Assembly (NCBI GenBank): GCA_963846445.1
Contig: CAWJWM010000015.1
Coordinates: 20,043-84,042, forward strand
Length of the DNA stretch: 64,000 nucleotides
Source of the DNA: an uncultured Verrucomicrobiae bacterium
GTDB lineage: Bacteria > Verrucomicrobiota > Verrucomicrobiia > Limisphaerales > J093
Direction of reading: 5' to 3'
The notes under the pieces were generated by a model. The model saw nothing but the letters and a program-made list of their open reading frames with translations. It did no database searches and was not told the origin of the DNA. Positions 9,419-18,125 of the stretch are shown piece after piece. Numbering within the stretch: the stretch's first letter is position 1; each line of letters begins with the position of its first letter. A program made the position numbers and the translations under genes.

Positions 9419-10171
9419 TCAGGCAAAGACACCCGGCGTCACCTCGGTGCCCTTGGCGAGCGAAGTCTTGCGCGTCATCGGGATCAGCACACCGGCCTGG
9501 CGCATGGCGCCCACCTGCATGATCATCTCGCTGACCGCGCCAGAATGCGGGCGCGCGCTTATCTTGTTGAACCAGCCGTTTACGTGTGGGTGCGCCGCCC
9601 ATTCGGTGGGGCCCACGATTGCGCCCGCAACGTGCGACACCAGCTCGTGATACGCCAATAGATCGGCGAAGCTGATGTCATCACCGCAAAGATAGGGGCT
9701 CTTGGCCAGCCAGCGTTCCAGTTGCTTCAGCAATTCGTCGAGCGTGTATCGGCCCTTCGCGATTTCTTTTGAATAGTCGTTCTTGCCCCAGATGCACTCG
9801 GCAAAATGGGTGTAGAAAAAGGCCCCGGCGCCCCGGCGAAGATAGGTGGCGTGCCAGTGGCAATATTGCTGGATGTTTGCTCGCTGTTGCGGTGTCGCCC
9901 CGAACCAGTTCGAGGGTGCGGCGTATTTTTCGTTAAGGTAGTAGGCAATCGCCGAGCTTTCCCAGACCACGAAGTCACCATCGACCAGGATCGGCACCTG
10001 TCCGGTCGGGTTGTAGGTGTCTTTGAAGCTCTGCTTCTCGTTGTCGCCGTCCATCAGGTTCACGACCTCGTCGTCGAATGGTATTCCGATTTCGAGCATG
10101 AACTGGTGCACGGCGCGGCAGGGCTGCGACGTGGGGTGGTGCAAGAAGCGTACCTTGGTTGTCATGTGCAT
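9419..10171 (-). CDS. Theta-class glutathione S-transferase resembling dichloromethane dehalogenase (DcmA-like)
   Basis: 250 aa. Motifs VRFLHHPTSQPCRAVHQFMLEIGIPFDDEVVNL, YNPTGQVPILVDGDFVVWESSAIAYYLNEKY, ISFADLLAYHELVSH, ARPHSGAVSEM and RKTSLAKGTEV match my recollection of Methylobacterium DcmA (LYHPASQPCRSAHQFMYEI..., YNPTGQVPILVDGEFTVWES..., ERPHAKTVSEW, RKTAVLKGTEV). The GST fold is certain; DCM activity is inferred. Confidence 0.75.
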   Translation of the reverse strand: MHMTTKVRFLHHPTSQPCRAVHQFMLEIGIPFDDEVVNLMDGDNEKQSFKDTYNPTGQVPILVDGDFVVWESSAIAYYLNEKYAAPSNWFGATPQQRANIQQYCHWHATYLRRGAGAFFYTHFAECIWGKNDYSKEIAKGRYTLDELLKQLERWLAKSPYLCGDDISFADLLAYHELVSHVAGAIVGPTEWAAHPHVNGWFNKISARPHSGAVSEMIMQVGAMRQAGVLIPMTRKTSLAKGTEVTPGVFA

Positions 10172-10388
10172 TTCCTCCCTTTGCTTGCGTGTTCATGTCA
10201 GAGCACCGCCACGCTTCTGATGCTCTCTCCCGTTTTCGTCGGCCGAAATCTGGCTGGGTTTGGCGTGGATTGGCGCGCGCCTCCCTGCGCCGCCGCCCTG
10301 ACGCGGGTCGCCCCTGCGTCACACCTCGTTCCTTAACAACCCCCTAACGCCACCGCCATCCCCTTCATTTTCAACCACATTACCGCCC

Positions 10389-10404
10389 ATAACACGCGTG
10401 TTAT
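10389..10404. promoter_or_regulatory. Perfect 16-bp palindrome ATAACACGCGTGTTAT between adhC and the GST gene
   Basis: Read directly from the sequence. It has no spacer, so it looks more like a dimeric protein-binding site than a hairpin. It lies 8 nt after the adhC stop and about 215 nt upstream of the GST start. Confidence 0.3.
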
Positions 10405-10411
10405 CGCGCCC

Positions 10412-11539
10412 TCAGAACACCACCACGCTGCGGATGCTCTCGCCCGATCGCATCAACTCGAAGCCCTTGTTGATCTCATCGAGGCTCAGAACATGGGTGA
10501 TCATCGGGTCGATCTCGATTTTGCCGTCCATGTACCAGTCGACGATTTTCGGCACGTCGGTGCGGCCCCTCGCGCCGCCAAAAGCGGTGCCTTTCCAGAC
10601 CCGCCCGGTCACCAGCTGGAACGGCCGCGTCTGAATTTCGGCCCCCGCCGCCGCCACCCCGATCACGACCGAAACCCCCCAGCCCCGGTGCGTGCATTCC
10701 AGCGCCTGCCGCATCACGGTGACGTTTCCGGTGCAGTCGAACGAATAATCGGCGCCGCCGATCTGGTCGAACGGGGTTTTCGTGAGGTTCACGATATGCG
10801 CCACCACGTCGCCCACCTCGCGCGGGTTCACGAAATGCGTCATCCCGAAGCGCTCGCCCCAGGCCCGCTTGGCGGGGTTGAGATCGACCCCGATGATCAT
10901 GTCGGCGCCCGCCAGCCGCAGCCCCTGGATCACATTGAGCCCGATGCCGCCCAGCCCGAACACCACCGCCTTGGCGCCGATTTCCACCTTGGCGGTGTTG
11001 ATCACCGCCCCCACCCCGGTGGTGACCCCGCAGCCGATGTAGCAGGCCTTGTCAAAGGGCGCGTCGTCGCGGATTTTCGCCAGCGCGATCTCGGGCATCA
11101 CGGTGTGGTTGGCGAAGGTCGAGCAGCCCATGTAGTGCAGAATCGGCGTGCCGTTCAGCATCGAAAACCGGGTGGTGCCGTCGGGCATCAGCCCCTTGCC
11201 CTGAGTCGCGCGGATCGCGGTGCAGAGGTTGGTCTTGCGGGAAAGGCACGAGGGGCATTCGCGGCACTCGGGCGTATAAAGCGGTATCACGTGGTCGCCC
11301 GGTTTCAGGCTGGTGACACCCGGCCCGCATTCGAGCACCACGCCCGCGCCCTCATGCCCCAGAATCGCCGGAAACAACCCCTCCGGGTCGGCGCCCGACA
11401 GGGTGAAATCGTCGGTGTGGCAGATGCCGGTGGCCTTGATTTCCACCAGAACCTCGCCCGCGCGCGGGCCCTCAAGGTTCACTTCCATCACTTCCAGCGG
11501 TTTGCCGGCCTGCAAGGCCACGGCGGCACGGGTTCTCAT
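10412..11539 (-). CDS. adhC: S-(hydroxymethyl)glutathione dehydrogenase / class III alcohol dehydrogenase
   Basis: 375 aa matching the class III ADH signature along its full length ([63 protein letters not shown]). Confidence 0.95.
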   Translation of the reverse strand: MRTRAAVALQAGKPLEVMEVNLEGPRAGEVLVEIKATGICHTDDFTLSGADPEGLFPAILGHEGAGVVLECGPGVTSLKPGDHVIPLYTPECRECPSCLSRKTNLCTAIRATQGKGLMPDGTTRFSMLNGTPILHYMGCSTFANHTVMPEIALAKIRDDAPFDKACYIGCGVTTGVGAVINTAKVEIGAKAVVFGLGGIGLNVIQGLRLAGADMIIGVDLNPAKRAWGERFGMTHFVNPREVGDVVAHIVNLTKTPFDQIGGADYSFDCTGNVTVMRQALECTHRGWGVSVVIGVAAAGAEIQTRPFQLVTGRVWKGTAFGGARGRTDVPKIVDWYMDGKIEIDPMITHVLSLDEINKGFELMRSGESIRSVVVF

Positions 11540-11901
11540 TGCGCAATCCTCTCCCCTAGTACGTCAGTCAGCCACGCGACGGGCCGGCCCTCTCTCCTCC
11601 CATCGGGATTTGATACCCGACAGACGACCACGCGAAACCGGGACTCTGGTGGCGTTGCGCGCTCCCCCGCCGCCACCGAACATCCGTTTTAATGGTCATT
11701 GATTATCAATGCTGATCTTCGTGATTACCTGAGTCAAGCTTAATGTTGATCACGATCTTGAAAGCGATTGGCGAGCTGGCAAATCTCTGAAAAGACGACT
11801 GCATTCCATCGGGCCTATCGCAGGCAGGCAGAAATCCCTTGTCACGCAGGCTGACCGGCGCGGCTGCATCGCTTGCACAGACACTGTTTCAAGGCTATCG
11901 A

Positions 11902-11919
11902 TGTTCATCATGATGAACA
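11902..11919. promoter_or_regulatory. Perfect 18-bp palindrome TGTTCATCATGATGAACA with extra TGATGAACA-like half-sites; candidate operator of the DcmR-like regulator
   Basis: The palindrome was read directly. Further half-sites are TAATGAACA (about 11926-11934) and TGATGAACA (11971-11979). It sits in an AT-rich 360-bp divergent region between adhC and the HTH-MEDS gene. Confidence 0.45.
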
Positions 11920-11963
11920 AAGAGCATAATGAACACATGGCGGTCAGCGGAATTCCCACTGAC

Positions 11964-12753
11964 ATGAAACTGATGAACATTCACGAGGCCGCCCGTTTCC
12001 TGCGCGTCAGCGAAGTCTCGGTTCGGCGCTACACCAAATCCGGCGCCTTGCGCTGCCTGCGCGTTGGCGGGCGGCGGGAGCGCCGGTTTGAGCGTGAGGA
12101 TCTTGAGGCATTTGTTGGCGCGAACAGCCCGGCCCGCACCCTTGCCGAAGCGTCAAAGCCAATCGACGCGCCGCAGCCAACACTCGGTCCGGCAGATGTC
12201 GCGGCACCGGAGTTCGCCACAATCGAGGGTATGCCGGTGCCATGGGGACGGCATCTGTGCCAGCTCTATGAAACGGATCGCGGCCGCGTGCAGATGACCG
12301 TGCCGTTCCTGAATGATGGTCTGAACGCGGGCGACGCCTGTTTTTTGATCGCGTCCGAACCCGCACGCGCGCACCTGATCGAGGCGCTGCGCCGGGTTCG
12401 CGGCGACCTTCGGTCCGGATATTGACGCGGGGCGCCTGCGCGTGATCGACCACGCCCAGAACGGTAGCGCGATGCTGGCCGCGCTCGACGAGGCCTTTGG
12501 CGCAGCGATGGAAGAGGGTTTTGGCAAGCTGCGGCTGGTGGGCGACATGGCATGGTTTCTGGACCAAGGGCTCAGTGGCGACGAGTTGGTGAATTTCGAG
12601 ACCCGCTATGACCGCCAGATCGGCCACAGCTATCCGATCATTAGCCTCTGCCTCTACGACGCCCGGCGCTTCAGCGGAATCGAAATTCTTCATGCGCTCA
12701 AAAGCCACGCCGACACGTTCGATCTGCCACTCAGCCGGTTCCTTCTGCGCTAG
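11964..12753 (+). CDS. HTH (excisionase/MerR-like) + MEDS-domain regulator, DcmR-like; one internal frame shift
   Basis: N-terminal HTH: MNIHEAARFLRVSEVSVRRYTKSGALRCLRVGGRRERRFERED. MEDS hallmarks: HLCQLYETDRGRVQMTVPFLNDGLNAGDACFLIA, LRLVGDMAWFL, LVNFETRYD, ISLCLYDARRFSG and LHALKSHA. The domain is split between ORFs 11901..12425 and 12442..12753, with the frame switch near 12395-12405. The start could also be 11901 or 11973. Confidence 0.8.
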
Positions 12754-13085
12754 GTGTGAAGTCGCAGCAGGTTGATAACCCGGAGCGGGGTTGGAAAACT
12801 CTGCCTTCGGGCGGTCCAGCGTTCGGCGGGCGGACCAGCAGGTCACGACCAGCGAGCTTTGCCCGGTCGGCATGCCGATCAGGCATGTCGCCTAGAGAGA
12901 CATTTCAACTGAACTTGGCGCGAAAGTAGCTTGTGGGTACACCATGAAGCAGATCAGCTACACGAAATCCGCGATCAGGGTATTGCTGTGTTTCGGCGTG
13001 CAAAATTGACCCCCATGGCGGGGTGATCGGCGTCCAATTTTGACCCCCCTCAGGTTTTGTCTGACCATTCGCTTTTGGGCAGCGG

Positions 13086-14667
13086 ATGGAGTGGGAGTTG
13101 AAGAGAGTGGATACGATCGCACGCGTTCGCCGGGCCTTTCATGTACAGGGCTGGTCGATGAAGAGGATCAGCCGGGAGCTGCATGTCTCTCGCAACACGG
13201 TGCGCAAGATCCTGCGGTCAGGCGAGACTGACTTCACCTATGAGCGCGAACACCAGCCGCTGCCGAAGATCGGGCCTTGGGTTGAGCATGTTGACCGGTT
13301 CTTGCTTGCCAATGAGGGTAAGGCATCGCGAGAACGGCTGACGCTGATCCGGATTTACGAGGAAGTTCGTGCCCTTGGATATGCGGGCAGCTACGACGCT
13401 GTCCGACGCTATGCCAAGACCTGGGCGAAGGCCCGTCGGGTCGATCACGGCAGACGCCTATGTGCCGCTCTATTATGCGCCGGGCGAGGCCTACCAGTTC
13501 GACTGGAGCCATGAGATCGTGCTGATCAACGGCGTGACGGTGACGGTGAAGGTCGCCCATGTCCGGCTTTGCCACAGCCGGATGATGTTCGTCCGGGCCT
13601 ATATGCGTGAGAGCCAGGAGATGGTGTTCGATGCGCATGATCGGGCGTTCGCGTTCTTTCGTGGCACCTGCACGCGGGGCATCTATGACAACATGAAGAC
13701 GGCGGTTGAGACGGTATTTGTTGGCAAGGAGCGCCTCTACAACCGCCGCTTCCAACAGATGTGCAGCCATTACCTCATCCAGCCGGTCGCATGCACGCCG
13801 GCATCGGGCTGGGAGAAAGGCCAGGTCGAGAACCAGGTCGGGCTTGTGCGCGAGCGGTTCTTCACGCCGCGCCTGCGGGTCAAAAGCCTGGATGAGTTAA
13901 ACGTCTGGCTGCTTGATAAATGTATCGCCTACGCCAAAGCGCATCGGCATCCAGAGCAAACAGATCAGACGATCTGGCAGATGTTCGAGGCCGAGCGGCC
14001 TCATCTGGTGGGTTACGCTGGCCCCTTTGATGGTTTCCACAGCGTCCCGGCCTCGGTGTCAAAAACTTGCACGGTGCGGTTTGATAACAACAAATATTCG
14101 GTGATCTCGACGGCCGTCGGGCGGCCTGTCGAGGTGCATGCCTACGCCGAACGGATTGTCATTCGTCAGGACGGGGCTGTCGTTGCAGAACATCCCCGGT
14201 GCTTTGGCCGATTTGAGACGATTTACGATCCTTGGCACTATGTCCCTGTTCTGGCTCGCAAACCCGGTGCACTGCGCAATGGCGCCCCGTTCCGTGACTG
14301 GGTTCTGCCCGCCGCCATGGCCACGATCCGCCGCAAGCTGAAAGGCGTCAGCGATGGCGACAAACAAATGGTCTCGATCCTCGGCTGCGTATCCGCCGAT
14401 GGGATCGCCGCTGTGGAGGCCGCCTGCAAGGAGGCGCTGGATCAGGGCGTCTTCTCCGCCCCGGTGGTCATCAACATTCTGGCCCGAAGCCGCGATCTGT
14501 CACCGGCTCCGCTTCTTCTCACCCCAGCGACGCTGCGTCTGGCCCATGAACCGGTGGCTGATTGCGCGCGCTACGACAGCCTCAGGAGGACCAACACATA
14601 TGGAACGCACCCAAATCCTCGACTTGATGAGCAGCCTCAAGCTCTATGGAATGCGCAGTGCTTATGA
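13086..14667 (+). CDS. istA: IS21-family transposase IstA (frame-shifted near 13430-13440)
   Basis: The N-terminal HTH part ([36 protein letters not shown]) is in ORF 13086..13514. The DDE core ([19 protein letters not shown]...[17 protein letters not shown]...[10 protein letters not shown]) is in ORF 13369..14667. Confidence 0.9.
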
Positions 14668-15328
14668 CGAGGTCATGGCCTCCGGCATCAAGCGCCAGCA
14701 CGAACCGCCCCGCATCTTGGGCGACCTGCTGCAGTCCGAGATCGCCGAGAAGCAGGCACGCTCGATCCGCTACCAGCTCACCATCGCAAAGCTGCCGCTG
14801 GCGAAGGATCTGGATGACTTTGACTTCACCGACACGCCAGTCAATGCGGGCTTGGTCCGAGACCTTGCAACCGGCACCTTCGTGGCCGATCAGCGCAATG
14901 TCGTGCTGGTCGGCGGCACCGGAACCGGCAAATCGCATCTGGCGATCGCTATTGCCCGCGCGCTGATCCGCAACGGCACACGCGGGCGGTTCTACAATGT
15001 CGTCGATCTGGTCAATCGTCTCGAGACCGAGACCCGCAGCGGCAAACAGGGCCGCCTGGCTGATTACCTGAACCGCCTCGACTTCATCATCCTGGACGAA
15101 CTTGGCTATCTCCCCTTCGCCCAGGCTGGCGGCCAGCTCCTGTTCCACCTCATCAGCAAACTTTACGAACGCACTTCCGTCATCGTCACCACCAACCTCG
15201 CCTTCGGTGAATGGCCAAGCGTCTTCGGGGACGCCAAGATGACCACCGCGCTCTTGGACCGCCTCACCCATCACTGCGAGATCGTCGAAACCGGCAACGA
15301 GTCCTGGCGCTTCAAAAACCGCGCCTGA
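14600..15328 (+). CDS. istB: IS21-family helper ATPase IstB
   Basis: [25 protein letters not shown]..., Walker [18 protein letters not shown], and Walker [10 protein letters not shown]. An RBS AGGAGGA lies at 14584-14590, and the gene overlaps the istA 3' end. Confidence 0.9.
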   Translation: MERTQILDLMSSLKLYGMRSAYDEVMASGIKRQHEPPRILGDLLQSEIAEKQARSIRYQLTIAKLPLAKDLDDFDFTDTPVNAGLVRDLATGTFVADQRNVVLVGGTGTGKSHLAIAIARALIRNGTRGRFYNVVDLVNRLETETRSGKQGRLADYLNRLDFIILDELGYLPFAQAGGQLLFHLISKLYERTSVIVTTNLAFGEWPSVFGDAKMTTALLDRLTHHCEIVETGNESWRFKNRA

Positions 15329-15514
15329 CGCCAACGGATTTTGGTCTGACCCGCCTTCGTCATATGACCACTCCGTTGGGTCAGACCAAAATCCTACGCC
15401 ACCGAGGGGGTCAAATTTGGATGCCGATAGGGGGTCAGTATTGCGTGCTGATTGACATCTGATAGCTGACGCCCGATCTCAGTTCCGCGTCGCGCAGGGT
15501 TTTCTCATTCAGTT

Positions 15515-16663
15515 TCAGTCTCTTGCCAGCGCCGCGAAATAGACTGCGCTGGCACGGTCGATCTCGCCGATGGCTCGGGCCTGCACGGCATTGAACTTGG
15601 CCCCGATCTCCTCACGCTTTGCCTCGGCTTCCGCAATCGGTCCCTGGTTCTGGTTCAGGATGGGGAGGTCCATCGAGACGCCGAGTTGCCACTTGTTCTC
15701 GGTCTGATCGAGTTCGTAACCCGGTCCGAGATGGGTGTCGGGATATTGCCTAGCTATTTGCAGCTGGAGCGCGGACTCGCTGGCGGCATATTCAGCGAGC
15801 GCGCTCAAAACATCCGCGCGATTCAGAACGGCCTGGCGCTGGATTTCGGCGGAGGTGAGGTTCGTCGGAAATGCGGCCAGGTCGGGATACGAGTAGCGCA
15901 CGCCGTCGAGTGCGCCCAGTGGCACGCCGATGGCCTCGGCAAGTTGGCCACGGGCCTCCGCCTCTTGGCGTCGGGCGTCTTTCAGGCTGAGCTGCGCATT
16001 CTGGCGCGCCACACGCGCCTGCGAGACTTCCACGGGTGAAACGGCACCGGCTTCCCATTGGACTTCCACCAGGCGCGCGACGCGATCCAACGCGTCGCCC
16101 TGTTCGTGCAGCAACGCGGCGGTTTCCTGCGCCGCCTGGAGCGCGAGGAGGCTCGTGCGCACGCGATTGCGCACAAGCCAGGCCGCGCTCGCCAGATCGA
16201 ATCGCGCCATTTCGCCGAGGTACTGTGCCTGGGCGACGCGATACTTGCGCTTGCCCATCGTCTCGACCGGGATGTCCAGTACGCCGCCGAGAATCCACGG
16301 CGTGATCCCGGCGCCGATGGACGACGAATTGAGGCCCGGCGTGAACGCCAGGTTCGGATTCGGCCGCTGGGCAGCGGTGGCAATTCCGGCGGTCGACGCG
16401 TGCCATCGGGCCCGCGCGACGTCCATGTCGGGGTGGTAATAGAAGGCGGCCAGGGTCAGCGCCTCGAAATCCCAGCGTTCACGCGGCCAAGCGGCCGCCA
16501 GGCCATTGGTCTCGAGGAACGCCTTCAGCCCCAGGTCTTCGAGGCTCCGCCGGCCGAAGGCGTCAACGGCCTTGGCCGGAGCGAGTGGTTGGGGGTGGTA
16601 TCGCGCGCAGCCCGTCGCGAGCACGACCACGATCGCCAAGCAGACGACTGAAAAGACGTACAT
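15515..16663 (-). CDS. Outer-membrane efflux factor lipoprotein (TolC/NodT/CzcC family), 3'-disrupted
   Basis: Lipobox VVVLATGC followed by OMF repeats. The ORF stops at 15515, but a shifted frame continues LKLNEKTLRDAELRSGVSYQ up to the IS21 end at 15458. So the gene has a frame shift and is truncated by the IS. No MFP or RND partner is adjacent. Confidence 0.75.
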   Translation of the reverse strand: MYVFSVVCLAIVVVLATGCARYHPQPLAPAKAVDAFGRRSLEDLGLKAFLETNGLAAAWPRERWDFEALTLAAFYYHPDMDVARARWHASTAGIATAAQRPNPNLAFTPGLNSSSIGAGITPWILGGVLDIPVETMGKRKYRVAQAQYLGEMARFDLASAAWLVRNRVRTSLLALQAAQETAALLHEQGDALDRVARLVEVQWEAGAVSPVEVSQARVARQNAQLSLKDARRQEAEARGQLAEAIGVPLGALDGVRYSYPDLAAFPTNLTSAEIQRQAVLNRADVLSALAEYAASESALQLQIARQYPDTHLGPGYELDQTENKWQLGVSMDLPILNQNQGPIAEAEAKREEIGAKFNAVQARAIGEIDRASAVYFAALARD

Positions 16664-16774
16664 CGCACTGGCAACGCTAGCGTGCTTCGGCCTGGTTCGG
16701 ACACGGGTGATGAGGTTCACGGTTTGAACCAAGGCGGCGTTGTAAGCCAAGGGGTCGACGCTGTCGAGCCACGG

Positions 16775-17395
16775 TTACCGGGCCAGGCGAACCGCCATGT
16801 TCACTAAGTCCTTGTAGGCTTCTTGGATGGCGTCGGCGTTGACCTCGTCCATGGCGTAGGGAGCGATGTCCTCAAGCAGCATAAGCCGACTTACGATCAG
16901 CGGCAGGTCTTCCACCGTGGGCTGGCGCGGATCGGAAAGCCCGTCCTCGTTCAAGTCCTCGATCAAATCCTGCCGCTCGTGCGCGGACAAAGTCGGGTCG
17001 TTGATTGCCTCGTACCAATAGGCCTCCGCCTCCGGATCGGCTCCGACGAAGCTCAAAGCCATGCGCGCGATCGGGTCGAGAATCTCTTTCTGCGGGCGCT
17101 GAACCGGCTGGGGCGGAGGCATGGGGGACGGCGCTTGCGCGCCCGCCGGGGCGGGTTTGGACGGCGGTTCTTGCGGAGCGGGCGCAGAGGGTGCGGGCAA
17201 CGGGGCTTCTGCCGTGGTTGGCGCCAGTTGTTGGGGGGCCTGAGGCGGCGGGGCGGAAATGGGCCCCGATGTCGCGCGGGGTGCGACCGGTTGTGGACCT
17301 GAGTCCAGCGCGGTTGGCGCACGGAGAAGCACCACGCACGCGACCACGCATCCCAGGGCCAGGCCGCCGGCAAACAGGATTTTTGTCGCGCGCAT
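16775..17395 (-). CDS. Hypothetical secreted/anchored protein with a Pro-rich linker
   Basis: 206 aa with an N-terminal hydrophobic anchor (ILFAGGLALGCVVACVVLL), a roughly 90-aa P/A/Q-rich region, and an acidic C-terminal domain (DPEAEAYWYEAINDP...). I recognise no family. Confidence 0.5.
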   Translation of the reverse strand: MRATKILFAGGLALGCVVACVVLLRAPTALDSGPQPVAPRATSGPISAPPPQAPQQLAPTTAEAPLPAPSAPAPQEPPSKPAPAGAQAPSPMPPPQPVQRPQKEILDPIARMALSFVGADPEAEAYWYEAINDPTLSAHERQDLIEDLNEDGLSDPRQPTVEDLPLIVSRLMLLEDIAPYAMDEVNADAIQEAYKDLVNMAVRLAR

Positions 17396-17522
17396 GTGTT
17401 TCGCTTTACGGAACCGTGTTCCACCCGCTTGAGGCTGCCATTCAGCACCCGTCCCACGGCGGACGCTTCGGGTCCGTCCTCACCGGCACGCGGAGCTGGG
17501 CGTTCGGCTCCATCTGCTGCGT

Positions 17523-17792
17523 CTACTCGAGCCGCCTGCCTGCCGGGTCGAAACTCGCCTCAACGTCATAGACGTTCTTGCCCTTCTCGACCTCCTTGGT
17601 GATTTGATCCACGCGCCCACCGGCGGTCACTCTCTCCACGGTGGCACGCGCTGCGCCAGACAACTCTGCCAACGATACACGGACGTCTCTCTCCGCAGTC
17701 GCCGACTTGGTGCACCGGCAACCCGCCCCAAGACCCGCCAGCCCGACGGCGAGCGCCCGGGCAATGACCAACTGACTGATCCGAGCCTGCAT
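17523..17792 (-). CDS. Small lipoprotein with a PepSY-like fold signature
   Basis: 89 aa with lipobox GLGAGC and C-terminal ...VDQITKEVEKGKNVYDVEASF..., resembling PepSY-like inhibitor-type repeats. Weak call. Confidence 0.4.
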   Translation of the reverse strand: MQARISQLVIARALAVGLAGLGAGCRCTKSATAERDVRVSLAELSGAARATVERVTAGGRVDQITKEVEKGKNVYDVEASFDPAGRRLE

Positions 17793-18125
17793 CTGTGTGT
17801 CTCCTTTCTTGCTGTGTTCGTTTCAACTGACTGGAACTCCCACCCGGTGCCCCCCGCGAGGACGACTCTTGTCTGAGCGAGCACCTGCTTTGTCTTCGTC
17901 CAGGAATCCGGCTGATGTTCGCAAAGTATGGGTGGTTCGGTCAGGCGTCTTTCTATCACGTCGCCTCATCAGACCGCAATAGAACAACAGCAGTTCACGC
18001 CCTCTCAATGAAAACTAAATGAACGTCGCATGACGATCTTGTCATCTGCGCCTTTCCTGGTTGCGCCAGGGTGACGACCCGATAGTCGAATGGCCTCGTG
18101 TCGCTCGGGGCGCGGTCCGTCGCGG

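Larger units (their letters stand above)
12987..15457 (+). mobile_element. IS21-family insertion sequence (istA + istB) with imperfect terminal inverted repeats
   Basis: Left end TGTGTTTCGGCGTGCAAAATTGACCCCC versus the reverse complement of the right end TGTCAATCAGCACGCAATACTGACCCCC (20/28 match, both starting TGT). Sub-terminal TTGACCCCC / GGGGGTCA repeats occur on both sides. A 17-bp perfect inverted repeat GGATTTTGGTCTGACCC...GGGTCAGACCAAAATCC lies at 15337-15393. The flanks (GGTATTGC | TCTGATAG) show no target-site duplication. Confidence 0.85.

Noticed and set aside
10493-11692. 399-aa ORF on the plus strand
   Set aside because: It is antisense to the unambiguous adhC gene and has low-complexity R/P/G/H composition.
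12944-12986. Truncated ORF MKQISYTKSAIRVL... possibly the N-terminus of a RelE/ParE-type toxin
   Set aside because: Only 14 native codons remain before the IS21 end, which is too short for any family assignment.
13425-13445. Programmed ribosomal frameshift in istA
   Set aside because: I saw no slippery heptamer. IS21 IstA is normally a single ORF, and similar 1-nt breaks occur in many unrelated genes in this window.
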